A stretch of 64,000 nt of DNA from the human T2T-CHM13v2.0 reference genome, Homo sapiens: NCBI RefSeq assembly GCF_009914755.1, contig NC_060933.1. One strand, written 5' to 3'. The notes below the pieces were generated by a model, which searched no databases, was not told the origin of the DNA, and worked only from the letters and a program-made list of their open reading frames with translations. The first letter of the stretch is position 1, and each line of letters opens with the position of its first letter. Positions 35,189 through 58,352 of this stretch are shown here, piece after piece. Made by a program: the position numbers and the translations under genes.

Positions 35189-36490
35189 TGGCTTTCACTC
35201 CAGCCTCCTGGTAGCATGCAGAGACACAGTGTGGAAACGGAGGCCACTGTCACAAGCGCTGAGGATGATCATTATTACTGGTTTGTTGACAAAACGTGGA
35301 CGCATTTTGTCTTATCCAGCATGTTGTAGAAAAGCAGGGATTGCCGTGGAAACTCCACACTTTGACTAGGAAAAGAAATGATCACTTCTGAGGTAACTGT
35401 GATGTAGATGTATTATTGTAGACATGGTAAACTACCTTATTAATCTTCACCTCATGGTGGTATTGACTGGGCGGATTGTAAAATGCCATTGTTTGCTCTG
35501 TCTTTGATAAACATGAAGGATCAGGTGTCATCTCTTTAGTGGGTGAGAAAGTCTCTGGAAGACCATTGAAGCTGCCTAACACCAGGTATCGCTGAAAGGA
35601 TTTTTAAAGCTAGTGAGCAGGTTGCCAGGTTGTTCAAAGGTAGAGTGGGCAGGGAGGTGGCTGGCTATCCCCAGGGCCCAGATGCAGATGGGCAGGGGTC
35701 CTTCCTGCCAGCCTGGAACCTTAGGTGCACCCTCAGTCTGTTTCAGGGTCAGGCAGGGCCTAGGTTTACCAGCAGCCATGAAACCATTGAGTCTTTTCTT
35801 CATGACATACCAGTGGCCAGTGTCGCAGTCAACACAGTTCCATTGGTTCTTTTTCCTATCTCTTTAAAATTTAAATTTATAAAATTATTTAAATATTTTT
35901 ATGGGCTTGTCTTTGAATAATTTTAACAGAGATTATCCAAAATATGTCTAGTCCTTATTTGTCTTTGAATTTTAGGAATCTTATAAAGGGCAGTGTCTCA
36001 GTTTCTATGATCTTTCCCCCACTATACATTGTTTATTTAAAAAAAAAAAAGTCAGTAGTTTGGTAGAAATTGATGGGGCAGGAGGCCACGCACTGGGAAC
36101 CTCACCTGCAGGGTGCAGGGTGTGCCCTATTCTTCGCCTGTGGGGGATGGTGCCTCATCTCTTAGGTGGGCTGCTGGTGCAGGTGCGGCTGAGGAGGCTC
36201 CACAGGAGCAGGCATTTGAACCCTGAAGGCGCGCTGCCGTCTTCTCTGGAAAGGTGATGCTGAGCTCTTCACAAAAGTTTAATAATTTATACTGTAGGTA
36301 TAATAGAAATTGTCTTTTAAAAAAGCATCTAACATCTAATGTAGTAAAGTTAAGGTTAACTGTTATGACACATTATATTGGATGCATGGTCATTTCGTAT
36401 TAAATGACAATGGAGAGGTGTCTATTTGTAGATGAAAAATAATGTTGTCCTGTCAGCCACAAGAAGGAAATTAATTCAGTTAAAAATGTT

Positions 36491-37001
<511 letters not shown>

Positions 37002-37939
37002 TTATGTTAAGTTGTGATTATTGCATGCTTATTTTATGATTACATTTAGAGGAAGAGACATACAAATAAAGTGGTAGTGTTGTAAAAACTTGAAGCTTTT
37101 TATTTTAATCATGAAGAACATTTCAGTTACGTAAATGTATATCATCATGTGGAATAAAGAGGTTACTGTCTTCTGTCCTGTGTTGCTAAAGAGAATTTGT
37201 GAGGTCACTGGCATGAATATAGCTACACACCAGTATTTACCTATAAAATACATTTATTTTATGGACTTGACATGTGAGTATTTCTCCTATCCCTCTATCC
37301 CTTTTGGATATTTTCTGAGCTGTGAATGTAACTGGGTGTCTCATGTCATGACAGCCTGTAGTGCCCACCTCCCCGGGAGCTGCTTGTGTACTTGGCCTCC
37401 ACGTGCAGCATGGGGTCTGAGTTCTACTTCACTATCTGGGGAACTTTTTTCCCCTTAAGTTTTTGTGTCTATCTGAACCCACCAATTAACATTTAAGGAA
37501 AAAACTTCACGAAGTGGGAAATAATCCTTTTTTCTCCAGCCACATCAGTGCCTTAGACAATGTATTAAAGTGGGCATTCGGAAGAAGACAATGTTGTTTT
37601 CTAGAAGGATGGTGGAGTCCAGCTCAAGCACGTCAAATGTGTGCTGAGGTGGGCCTCATTAGTCCGCTGTTCTCCTTTCTCAAAAGGTTTGATTTGTTGC
37701 TGTTGTGACCCATTTTGATCATGGATTGGGTAGATTTTGCACCCCTGCCATGCCACCCCACCCTCCCTACCATAGCATTCAGCCCTTGATGCTTAGGTAC
37801 TGTTCTAATTGAGGTTTTATTATAGGCTGTGACATTGATGAGAATCTGGATAGGTCAGTGAAGGAACTGTTCCTGTGATCAATTCTGGCTTTACAAATTG
37901 TAGCTCTTGTTTTACTATAAAAAATGCCAGGTTTCTGGG

Positions 37940-41334
<3,395 letters not shown>

Positions 41335-41849
41335 CTATGTGTCTGTAAACAGTGAGGTTATGATGTGACCTCAGCTCTGCAGCCTGTAGGGGAATGTGTG
41401 GGAGGAAGGAGCTCACTGAGCTCGGGACTTGGAGGGAAGGACTGGGCCACTTTGTTCTCATAAACAAGCAGGACCAAGACCGGAGGCTTGTGGCCTTGCC
41501 CTGGTTGTAGATTGAGGATTTTCTATTGGTTTTAATTTTAAGAAACATGGACATTTAAGATAGTGTTTGGTTTTTTTAATGGTATTTAAGAAGAATAGAG
41601 TTTTAGGACTAAAATGAGTTCTGTATTTCTGTTCCGAGAGGAGTGTCCTTGGGTCATCCCTTGGCCATTTGTCTTGGTCCTTCACCCCATTCCCCTTTAG
41701 TTTGCAAGAATCTTCATTATTGCTGCTTGGTATCCTCTCTTCTTTTTACTTTGATCCTTCTATCTTTTTATTTAGGATTTTGTATTTAAAAGGCCCTTTA
41801 CTTGAAAGAAGCATCAGAATTCCTGGAAATCCCAGGCTCTGGGAGGGAA

Positions 41850-42104
41850 TTTCCCTTCCTCCTGCCTTCCCTCCCTCCCGCCTGCCTTCCCTCCCTCCCG
41901 CCCTCCCTCCCTCCTTTTCTTCCTGCCTTCTTTCTTTCCTTTCCTTCCCTTTCCTTTCTTTGTTCCTCTCTTTCCCTCCCTCCCTCCTTTCCTTTCCTTG
42001 TTCCTTCCTTCCTTTTCTTTCTTTCCTCCCTTCCTTCCCTTCTTTATCCCCTCCCCTCCCCTCCCTCCCTCTCTCTCTTCCTTTTCCATTTTCTTTTCTT
42101 CTTT
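41850..42104. repeat. Polypyrimidine low-complexity tract (CCTT/CCCT/CTTT)n at an antisense Alu tail
   Basis: ~250 nt almost entirely C/T. Confidence 0.92.
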
Positions 42105-42389
42105 TGACAGCGTCTTCCTCTGTCACCCAGGCTGGAGTGCAGTGGTACAACCTTGTTTCAAGGAAACCTTGAACCAGCCTTGGTTCAAGGGAACCTCCCA
42201 CCTCAGCCTCCCAAGTAGCTGGGACTACAGGTGTGTGCCACCACTCCTAGCTAATTTTTAAAAATTGTTTGTAGAGATGGGGGTCTCACTGTTTTGTCTA
42301 GGCTGGTCTTGAACTCCTGAGCTCAAGCAGTCCTCCTGCCTTGACCTCTCAAAATGCTGGGATCACAGGCATGAGCCACTACACCGGCC
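42105..42389 (-). mobile_element. AluJ-like with a rearranged palindromic segment
   Basis: Antisense dimer; 42151-42190 departs from the consensus. Confidence 0.88.
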
Positions 42390-43589
42390 TGGGAATTCCT
42401 TTAACTTGCGTTTGAAAGTTGGACATGAAATCTCCTGAGTGTTCTTGAGTTTGGGCAGATGTACTGAGGATAAGAAGAACTTCCAAGGAGCTGGGTTTTT
42501 CTGGACTTGAGATAATGTGATTTTTAAGTGGCAAGAACTGAAGCCAGTGTTTGAGTGAGAATTGGAATGTGTGCATGCTTCGTGTTCATGCTTTGCACAC
42601 ACTGGTTTTGTTCTCTTACCCACCGTCCTGGTGTGTACTCTACATTGTGCACAAGTTGTGGCACTAAAAATGTAAGGTCTGTTGCTCAGGTGGAAATGGA
42701 CTGGTCATGTGTTTTGCCGTGCGGGCGCAGAGGTCAGGCTGGCTCTGTGGTTAGCAGGTGCAACCCACGCGGAAGGGGAGGAGGGGTTTCCTGACTGAGC
42801 GAGAAGCCCCAAGTCAGGGCTGTCCTCCCAGGGTAGGTTTGGAGTAGGCACTGCACTCAGTCTCTTGTTGCTGTGAGGTTGGGGGATGGCCCTAGAGGGC
42901 TGTGGCAGTCTTGGGGCTGTGAGGTCTGGACCAGCCCTGCCCTGGTACCTGTACTGACCAAGAGAGGCCCACGGTCCCCTCCTCTCCCCACAGCTCTGGG
43001 GCTCCTGTCTACCTCTGAAAAGTGAGTTGCAGTGCCTCCCTCTCCTGGACTTCCAAATTGCGAGGTGGGGAAGGCCCAGGCCGTTCTTCCTGGAGTGGAC
43101 CTGGACCCTTCACTTCTGCCTGGGCTCCTCTGCCTTGTGCGTTGGGGGGTTGGGGGTGGGGCGTCAGCAGGGGTGGGGCATCAGGGGCGGGGCTAGGCTC
43201 TGCCAGTCAAGGCACACGGGGCCATGGCAGGGCAGGGCATGCAGAGCCGACCTGGCCTGGGGGTTGGCGGGTCCTGGACCATCCCGGGGAGTTGTAGGTT
43301 GGGGCTCCTGAGGGAAATGCAGATGATTTTTTTGGGAATTTTTTGGCTAGGCTTCCTGGACTGGGCAGAGCTTCTGCAGTGCGGGGTCTGAGTCCAAGTA
43401 GTTTGCTCACTCCAGCTAGGTGGATGTTGTGAGTGGAAAGGTCTTGATTTAGGATACATAAAACACAATTTTGTTTTAACTAATTCATTTTGTTTTGCTT
43501 AGATCAAGGAGAAGGAATAATGTGCTAGGCTGAATGATTGAGATGAGACAGCATTTCTGTCACTGTTATGAACAGGAGCCCTTCCTCCC

Positions 43590-44222
43590 CTTATTTATTT
43601 TTGAGACGGAGTCTCGCTCTGTTGCCCAGGCTAGAGAGCAGTGGCGTGATCTCGGCTCACTGCAACCTCCGCCTCCTGGGTTAAAGATATTCTCCTGCCT
43701 CAGCCTCCTGAGTAGCTGGGATTACAGGTGCCTGCCACCACGCCCAACTAATTTTTGTATTTTTAGTGGAGATGGGGTTTTGCCATGTTGGCCAGACTGG
43801 TCTCGAACTCCTGACCTCAAGTGATCCGCCTGCCTCGGCCTCCCAAAGTGCTGGGATTGCAAGCGAGAGCCACTGTGCCTGGCTTCTCCTTTTTATTGAG
43901 ACATTATTTATCTTTTATACATATATATATATTTTTTGAGATGGAGTTTTGCTCTTTTGCCCAGGCTGGAGTGAAGCAGCGTGATCTCAGCTCACTGCAA
44001 CCTCCGCCCCCGCCCAGGTTAAAGTGATTCTCCTGCCTCAGCCTCCCGAGTAGCTGGGATTACAGGCATGTGCCACCACTCCCGGCTAATTTTTATATTT
44101 TTAGTAGAGACGGGGTTTCGCCATGTTGGCCAGACTGGTCTCCAACTCCTGACCTCAGGTGATCCACTCACCTTAGCCTCCCAAACTGCTGAGATTACAG
44201 GCGTGAGCCAGCGCGCCTGGCC
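43590..44222 (-). mobile_element. Two tandem antisense Alus
   Basis: 43590-43883 and 43930-44222. Confidence 0.92.
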
Positions 44223-45044
44223 TATCATTTACATTTGTATTGTAAACTAATTTGTCCTTAATCTGGAGGTTTCATAAAATCCTAGAGTCCGTCAGCCATA
44301 AGGAGACTTGGCAGCGCTGCTTGGGGGGGCTGGTCTCCGAAGCCAGCCTGTGGTGCTTCAGCACCCTAGGAGCAGCCCCTGGGCTACAGAAGCAGCATCC
44401 CTTGCTGGGAGAAAACCTTCCCGAGCCTCCTGGAAGTCAGGAGAGGCCACGGTTCTGGAGGAGAGGGCGGAGCCGCTGCCTTGCAGAGCCTGGTCTGTCT
44501 GCCTCTGCTGGGCCTCCCTCCTCCCCGGTGCCCCCTTTTCCTTTCGCCTCTGCCCTGGGCCATCCTCAGCTGTCCCTTAATGGAAGTGAGCACTGGGGAT
44601 GCTACAGACCAGGCAGAGGCATCTGTGCTGTGTTTCTGGCCCTAACACTGGTATGAGGCCTGGCATGTTGGTCAGTGCTTGTCAGAGGATTCCTGAGTGC
44701 AGTTGAATTGGACACACAGCAGAATGGTGGATGATTCTAGACATTATTCGGTAGTGTGTTACATAGCATTCTTAAACATTTTTTCAAAAGATTACAAAAC
44801 TTAATTTCGTGGGTAGGATTTGTGGCTGGTGGTGGTGATGAGGACTGTGAGATGGAGTGGGGTTTGGCGGGTGCCTCCAGGAGGGGACAGCATGTGAGGG
44901 GCACAGCTGGTGCCCAAAAATGCCTGTAGACCCCGGCAGCCTCACAAGGTCTGCCCTGCCATGCTCCACCCCGGCTCATCTCAGGCCAGGAGACCTTGTC
45001 GGCAGAGCTGTGCCGTGGCAGGCAGGGTGTCTTTGGTGTGCCTC

Positions 45045-46325
45045 AAGGCCCTGCTCTTAAAAGTATTGAGGACCCCAGAGGGCTCTTGTTTATTGGGTTG
45101 TATCTAATGATAGTTACTGTAAAAGAAATGAAAACTGAAAAGTTAAAAATCACATTTTTAAAAAATAATAAAAGTAAACATGTAACATTTTATTTACATG
45201 TTAGGGAATACAGCAGTTTCTGTGAAAAGTACTTTTTCTGAATGAAAAAAACTCAGTTGAATGGCATTGTTTTCCATGTTGGTCCATCTCTGTCATGTCT
45301 GGCTAATCGAAGAGTCAGCTGGATTTGCAGATTGGCTTCTGCACCCAGCCTGAGGTGATACTGTCTGAAGAAAATCTGGTCTCCCATAGACATGTGGTTG
45401 GCAAGGGGGAAGTATTTTGATATCTTTTCAGATAATTGCAGCTATTCTGCTTTGATATGACACGAAAACTCAACAAGGTGAAACTGTGCCAATGACCTTC
45501 TTCCTCTGTGACATTAAAGCCCATCTTGGATGCATCTTTGTCCCATGCGTGATTTTGAATATTAGGCACTGGGCATTTGGGGAGTGTCAGCTCACCTTGT
45601 TAGGAAGATCTTCCCCATGTTGACACATTTTATTATATGGTATCAAAAATCATAGTCACTAATGATACCGCTCATGTAATAAGAAAAGTCATAAATATGG
45701 AGAAACTTTCAAGCTCATGGGGACAGATACACATTTACATGTGTTTCGAAAATTCAAAAGGTAGAGTTTTAACATTGGCAACAAATACTACTGGTTGTTT
45801 TCTTTGAGGCTCACTCTGTTCTGTGGAAATGTCTGCCAGATGTCCAGGTCTGACTGAGTGGCATGTCCAGGCCTGAGTGGCATGTCCAGGTCTGAGTGGC
45901 ATGTCCAGGCCTGAGTGGTATGTTCAGGTCTGAGTGGCATACATTTTGCCAGTTGTTCTTTTAAGTGAAGATGCTCTGTGAGTGAGGAAAGCTTCGGGTT
46001 CCACGCAGCCACTGTGCCTGGCCTGCTGCCTGCCCCCTTCCTCTGATGTGGAACGCTGGAGAGCTGTGCTCACAGGCCATCATCTCACTGCCTCATCCAG
46101 GGCACTCTCAGGCGAGCCCCCCAAGTGCCTGCTGGTCAAGAGTTCAGTTGCTGGAGTACACTTCGGTGTCCTGACCTGGTCGATGCAAAGGGGCTGACAC
46201 CACCGCTTGGGCACCGTCTGTGCAAATATCAGCACAGTGAAAAAGGCAATTGAGGTCCTAGTATTACCATGAAAATAGTTTTGACCTCCTGGACTCCTGG
46301 AAGGATTGCAGGGACCCCGGAGAGC
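45045..46325. mobile_element. Charlie1-type hAT DNA transposon fossil
   Basis: ctcttaaaagtattgaggaccccagagggctcttgtttat start; cattggcaacaaatact; tgaaaatagttttgacctc...ggacccc end. Family from memory. Confidence 0.7.
45840..45939. repeat. ~19-bp tandem repeat x5 (catgtccaggYctgagtgg)
   Basis: Visible, embedded in the Charlie-like fossil. Confidence 0.9.
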
Positions 46326-47214
46326 TCCTGTTGGGGGGTAGGTGTGAAGGGTGCAGGCTGAGCTGGCTGGCGTACAGCTGTGATGGACCAGGAAAGGTAG
46401 CGTGCTCTGCATGTTCGAGGGCTGGCCATGAGCAGCTGGGCTGCTGGCCCTGGCTTGGCAGTGGGAGATCAGGGGGTGGGAGGTGGAAACCTGGGCCCCC
46501 CTGCCTTACCGTGGTGGGGTGGGCTGTGCACAGTTGCTAAGACCAGCTCCTGGGGAGGGTGATGCAGTTAGGTCCGGTGTTACCAAGTCAGCCCAGAAGG
46601 CAGCGAGACCATATGGATGTGAGCCCTGGAAAGCAGTAGGCACATCCGGGCTCAGGTAGGGGCTGGCCTGGCGTCTGCTTTGTGGGGAGGAGGGGTTCTG
46701 TTGAGAGGCCCCATTGTTGACATGTTTTCTCATCCAGACGCTGGACACCCGGGTTTTTGCAGCCTCTTATACTTCTTACCTGTTGATAGTCAATTAAAGA
46801 TGGAATCAGTGCGTGGCTGGCCTCCTGCAGCTGTCTGACTGGCTGCTCCTAGTGACCTCGGGCAAGTCTGTGCCTCTCCTCTTCTGGTTGTGGACTCGGA
46901 GCACCAAGTGTGCCTCCCTCAGTTGTTCCTATTTTATCACTCTGACCCGGAGGCTTCCTGCCCACTTCCAGCTTCCAGTGGCCTCACCAGAGGGCTTTCT
47001 CCAGTATCACATCACCAGGTGTGGGTGTCAGCCTGACAGCTCCCACTTGCAGTCTGGCATCTCCAACTGCCCAGAGTGGTCAGCAGCCCTCTTCCCCGGC
47101 CCCCAGCTGTGGGTGGGGCATTTGCAGACTCCCTGCTGCCTCCTTATGGACTCCATGGTCCTGCTGCTGCGTCGGGAGAGGCCTGGCTAGGAGTGTTTTA
47201 TGTGTTTATGTTCA

Positions 47215-47585
<371 letters not shown>

Positions 47586-48070
47586 TTGTAAGAGGCCTTG
47601 TATAATACATACCTCTATAGATGCTTAATCTCAAAGATTTAGTGATTTAAGTTCCTTATTGAATTTTCTTGATTTATCTATTTCTATAATTTTTTGTAGG
47701 AGGTTGGACATTTGAAATATATGAATTATTGTCAGCAGTAGAATGCATTTTGAAATAAATTGTAACACTCCTGTAACAGAGCCCAAAGATTTCAGATATC
47801 TAATTATATAAATGATACATGAATGCGTTCTTATTGTTAAGAAACTGTCTTCAAAAATAGAAATACAGGAGAAGTTTCCTTGGACTGTGTTCTGAATGCC
47901 AGTTCTTCTGCTGGAGGCGACTGTAACCAGCTGGCAGGAGTAAATCTGACTGTCCAGCAGCTCATGGTGAATGTTGTAACTACGATTTTTTGACTTTTTC
48001 CAAATGATGTCCATTTGGAAAAGCGGCCTCCCACTGAACCCGGCTGACGGCTGTTGTTTCTCTCTAACAG

Positions 48071-48134
48071 GCAGTTCCGGCGAGGGGGGAGCCTCAGCAG
48101 GATTGCTGTGTGAAAACCGAGCTGCTGGGAGAAG
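48071..48134 (+). CDS. EHMT1: EHMT1 (GLP) coding exon 2, 64 nt, [21 protein letters not shown]
   Basis: Branch-like ggCTGACgg (~48042), pyrimidine tract and ctaacAG acceptor; GAAG|gtgagg donor. Translation matches the EHMT1 N-terminus as I recall it ([36 protein letters not shown]). The trailing G joins AG of exon 3 to give Glu in frame. Confidence 0.97.
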
Positions 48135-48379
48135 GTGAGGGCGGTGTGCACCGAGGGACAGGAGCAGCGCCTCCCTCCAGACTAGAAAACCTGCTGCTCT
48201 TCCTCTCTTATTAGTCCCCGTCTTCTGACTTTCTTTGCTTCACCTAGGTTTATGGTATAGTTTCTAATCTATCCCATTCCTAAATAGCACAGTTGCACAG
48301 ACAAACACAAAAGCTCTGCCAGAGAAGGAACACATTTGTCAAAGTATGAAAAGCAAAAATCCTGTATATCCTTGTCTTA

Positions 48380-48700
48380 AAGTACACCCAGAAAATTAAA
48401 AGTGAGTGGCCACACAAATGTTTATAGCAGCATTGTCACGTCGCCGAAAACCGGAGACACTCCGGTGTCCTCAGTTGATAAGGAACTGGATAAACAGATC
48501 GTGGTACATCCACACAGTGGGACAGCGGTCAGCAGCCCAGAAGAGCACACAGCATGACTGACGCCGCGCCATGGATGAAGCTTTTGTACGGTTTGTTAAG
48601 TGAAGGAGGCCAGACCCAAAGGGCCACAAGCTGCATGACTCCAATTTCATGGCAGACACTTGGAGAACAGCAGTGGTTACCAGGAGGTGGAGGGAGTGGT
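48380..48700 (+). mobile_element. Old L1M 3' fragment (GC-shifted)
   Basis: cacaaatgtttatagcagcatt; ggataaacagatcgtggtacatccacacagtgg; gttaagtgaaggaggccagac. Confidence 0.65.
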
Positions 48701-49499
48701 GTGGAAGCAAGTGTCTGCAGAGAGGCAGGGTGAGGGGAGTTGGGGCGAGGGGAGTCGGCGGGGCTGCACCCCTCTGTAAGGCGTGGCGCACACATAGGGT
48801 TCGGATGTTCTTGGAGAGCCTGCACCACCAAGAGCGCCCCCAGGAAATGAGGGCAGGTGGCGCCAGACGAGCTGTGCTGTGCTCCACAGTGAAGGGAGAG
48901 TGGTGTTCTGGCTGGACCCATAAGGGTGGCGGCCGTGGGAGCAGCTCAGACACTGGACTTGCCTAAGGCTCTCCCAGCTGGAGCCTGCTCCTCTCCAGAC
49001 AGCGCGCAAGGCCTGGCTCCTCATGGACTGTGGGCTGTGGCCCCTGCCGTGTTCTCCTTTCACCCTAGATGGCCTCGCTGTGCCTGTGGGTTCTCGTCCA
49101 CCCACTGGCTGTGCACTGTGGTGACCGCTGCCCGCCTCTGCCGCTACCCCTAGCCGGCCCTCCAGGGTTGCCCCCACCTCCTGCGCCATCCACCTCCTGC
49201 AGCCTGACTGGGTGTTTTCTTCCTGTACTTTGGCCCCTTCCTGTTGCCGTCCTTTCTGTGTCTTTGAACTGTTTCTTCTGTTGGCTCCAGTGCCCTCCGG
49301 CTCTTCCCCCTTCTCTCCCTGGTCACCCCTCCTTTGACCTTCCTAGTGGAACTTGTTTCCTACGTGACACCAGATGCCACAAGCCCCAGGTTATTCCATT
49401 ACGCTTTAGGCTTTGCCTGTGCCCTGTTCCCTTACACACTGCCGCTGAGCCACGGCCTCTCCACCCTGGGGGAACTGCTGGACCCCCACGGTGGCTGCC

Positions 49500-51650
<2,151 letters not shown>

Positions 51651-51660
51651 GTTTGCTCAT

Positions 51661-51965
<305 letters not shown>

Positions 51966-53098
51966 TGAGGGGACTTGACAGCTTTGTAATGTCATCCATT
52001 TAGGAGCATGAAATGCCTTCTATTTAACTTTTTTTTCAACACATTGGCTTTGAGTAATCTTGGCAAATTTCCTAATACCCTTTGTAGTTTTCCCTACTTC
52101 TGTGAATGATACTTTTTTTTCTTACATTTTCTAGGTAATGTTGATATAAATAAATGTCTTTGATTTTGTAACATGATTTCAAATTCAGCAGTCTGGTTGT
52201 ACTCTTGTGTTTTAGTTGCTAATTGAGTCTGTTTTTAAGTAAATGATTGTGTCAGATGCAGGTGGGAACAGTTTGACCCTCACATTGTTCTTTCCCTTTG
52301 GTGTCACCTGCACTGCCTTTTTATGTCAGACACTGGTAGTGTTAATAGATCTTATATGCAATTAATTTAGCATTTACATATACATCTGCTGCAGGATTTG
52401 GTATGAGGAAGTTTCCACTTACTCTGTTTTGTTAAGGGTTTTTAAAACATAGTTGTTTATTCAGAACACACACATTAGATGCCAGGCCTCGTTCATGTGC
52501 TCAGGGTACACTGGTAAACAGACAGGGCATTTGCGCTCATAGGACTTAACGTCCTCGGGTGGAAGGACAGACGGCCAGCATGACAGATGATCAGGTCTGT
52601 TGTGCTCGAGGTGATAAGCACCAGGAAGAACAGAGCCAGGAAGGAGGGCACTGGGCGGTGGCATCTCAGGCTTGACTGAGCTCCGTGTGCACCTAGCGAT
52701 GCCATCGCAGGCTTCCTGCCTCAGCCTGTCCTGAGCTGAGTGTGTGTGTCAATCTCGTGATGTAAAATAGTGTCTCCTTGACTGCCCTGGATATGATTTC
52801 CTGGGGTTGTCATCGGAGAGTGAGCCTCTGTAGGGAGTGGAGAGCAGACCACGGATGTGCTCCAAGTATAAGCCCTTTTTCTGACCCATTTTCTCTGTTA
52901 GTTATTGTGAAGCCTCTTCTGAAGCCTTGTTTTCTATCTCCAAATAACACTCCATGTTTTATTATAGCAGTGATTCCCCAAACTTAACCAACTAACGTTC
53001 AACGTTAATGCTTAAGAAATGTTTATGTTTAATATGTTTGAACTGAAATGCTGGTTTGCTATGAAACAAAATAATTTTCTGTAGACAGTTTTATATAA

Positions 53099-56560
<3,462 letters not shown>

Positions 56561-56619
56561 TGAGGAGAAGCCAGTAAGTGTCAGTGGTTATCCGACAGGG
56601 CCTATGAGGAGCTAGGAGA

Positions 56620-56927
56620 AGGCCGGGAGCAGTGGCTTACAGCTGTTATCGCAGCACTTTGGGAGGCTGAGGCGGGTGGATTGCTTGAGCCTAGGAGTTT
56701 GAGACCAGCCTGGGCAGCGTGGCGAAACTCAAATGCAAAATTTTGTAAAAAATGCAAAAATTAACTGGGCATAGTGGTGCGTACCTGTAGTCCCAGCTAC
56801 TCAGGAGTGTGAGGTGGGAGGATTGCTTGAGCCTGGTGGAGACTGCAGTGAGCCCGGATCACCTCACTGCACTCCAGCTTGGGCACCAGAGTGAGACCCT
56901 GTCTCAAAAAAAAAAAAAAAAAAAAAG
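56620..56927 (+). mobile_element. AluJ-like, ~140 nt downstream of exon 3
   Basis: Sense dimer with A tail. Confidence 0.9.
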
Positions 56928-57292
56928 AGATGCTGCTAATGCCTTGTGCGTGAGTGACAAAGCGGAGTGATGCCAGGTGACGCCTCGCTTCCTTCTTGTG
57001 CTTTCTCTTCTCACAGGATTCTGTTGCTCTCTGTAGAAACGTGTCAGATCCTTTCAAGGAGGCCACGGCCTCTTCTGCTTTGGACATTGGGGCTTTCACT
57101 CCAGCTAGGGAAGACTCAGCCCTGACCCTGTTTCATTGAGAAGTGAATAGAAATGAACTTGGTTAGGGCCAGAATGTCACAGAAGTGAGGGGCAAAGGGC
57201 CACCTGGAGACATGCCGAGGTCTCCCTCCCAACCCTGAGCTGCTGGGCTCAGCCGTACCTTGAGAGCAGAATGAGTCTTGAATCCTGAGCGC

Positions 57293-57530
57293 TTCACACA
57301 CAGGGCGCGCCCACCCCTCGCATGCACCATGATTTTCACACGCAGGGTGCGCCCACCCCTCACGCACTGTGATGATTTTCACACACAGGGCGCGCCCGCC
57401 CCTCACGCACCGTGATGATTTTCACACACAGGGCGCGCCTGCCCCTCACACGCACCGTGCTGATTTTCACACACAGGGCGCGCCCGCCCCTCACGCGCAC
57501 CGTGCTGATTTTCACACACAGGGCACGCGT
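57293..57530. repeat. 42-45 bp CpG-rich tandem repeat x~5.5 containing the palindrome GGGCGCGCCC
   Basis: caggg anchors at 57301, 57343, 57386, 57429, 57474 and 57519. Confidence 0.93.
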
Positions 57531-58039
57531 GCTTCTCACACATGCTGTGCTGGACTGATCACCAGATCTTACGTGGTGCATACACGATACAGGTTTTCAA
57601 AGTGTTCATGGTGCTTTTAGTGTGCTCTCTCAGTTTGATGTGAATTTGGGTGTAAGTTCTAGGTTTGTGATCACATTCCCGTGGAATTTTCTCTCTCTGA
57701 CATTGCTGGTGAACATTCTGACAGCACTTTCTTGTCATTTGTTTGTAGATCGTTTGCTCTTTCCCCTCAGCCACTGTTTAGGGCTTCACAGCCCTGTCAA
57801 TTGGAGGATTTGTGTCTTCAGCTCCAGAAGGATGCTCTGTATGAGTTTTCTTCTGTTTTCTTCCCATGGAGCTCCTCTTAAATGGCCGGCTCTTCTGTCC
57901 TCCTGGGCAGTTCTCTGTCTGTTTCCAGCTTCCTTACTGGTTCCTCAGCCCTTCCCCTTCTTGCTGTTCATCCCATATATTGATATATTTTATTCTGACA
58001 TAAATTTTTTTCATGCCCAGTATCTCTGATTAGTTCTCT

Positions 58040-58352
58040 CTCTTTTTCTTTTTCTTTTTCTTTTTTTTTTTTTGAGACGGAGTCTTGCTCTGTCACCCAG
58101 GTTAGAGTGAAATGGCGCGATCTCAGCTCACTATAACCCCCGCCTCCCAGGTTTAAGTGATTCTCATGCTTCAGCCTCCCAAGTAGCTGGGACTACAGGC
58201 GCCTACCACCACACCTGGCTAATTTTTGTATTTTTAGTAGAGATGAGGTTTCACCATGTTGGCCAGGCTGTTCTTGAACTGACCTCAGGTGATCCATGCG
58301 CCTCGGCCTCCCAGAGTGCTGGGATTACAGGTGTGAGCCACCGCGCCCGGCC
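58040..58352 (-). mobile_element. Alu with TSD tgattagttct
   Basis: Antisense dimer; TSD on both sides. Confidence 0.93.

Noticed and set aside
41669-42261. Pro/Ser/Phe-rich and Arg/Glu/Gly/Lys-rich ORFs
   Set aside because: Translations of the polypyrimidine tract and the adjacent Alu.
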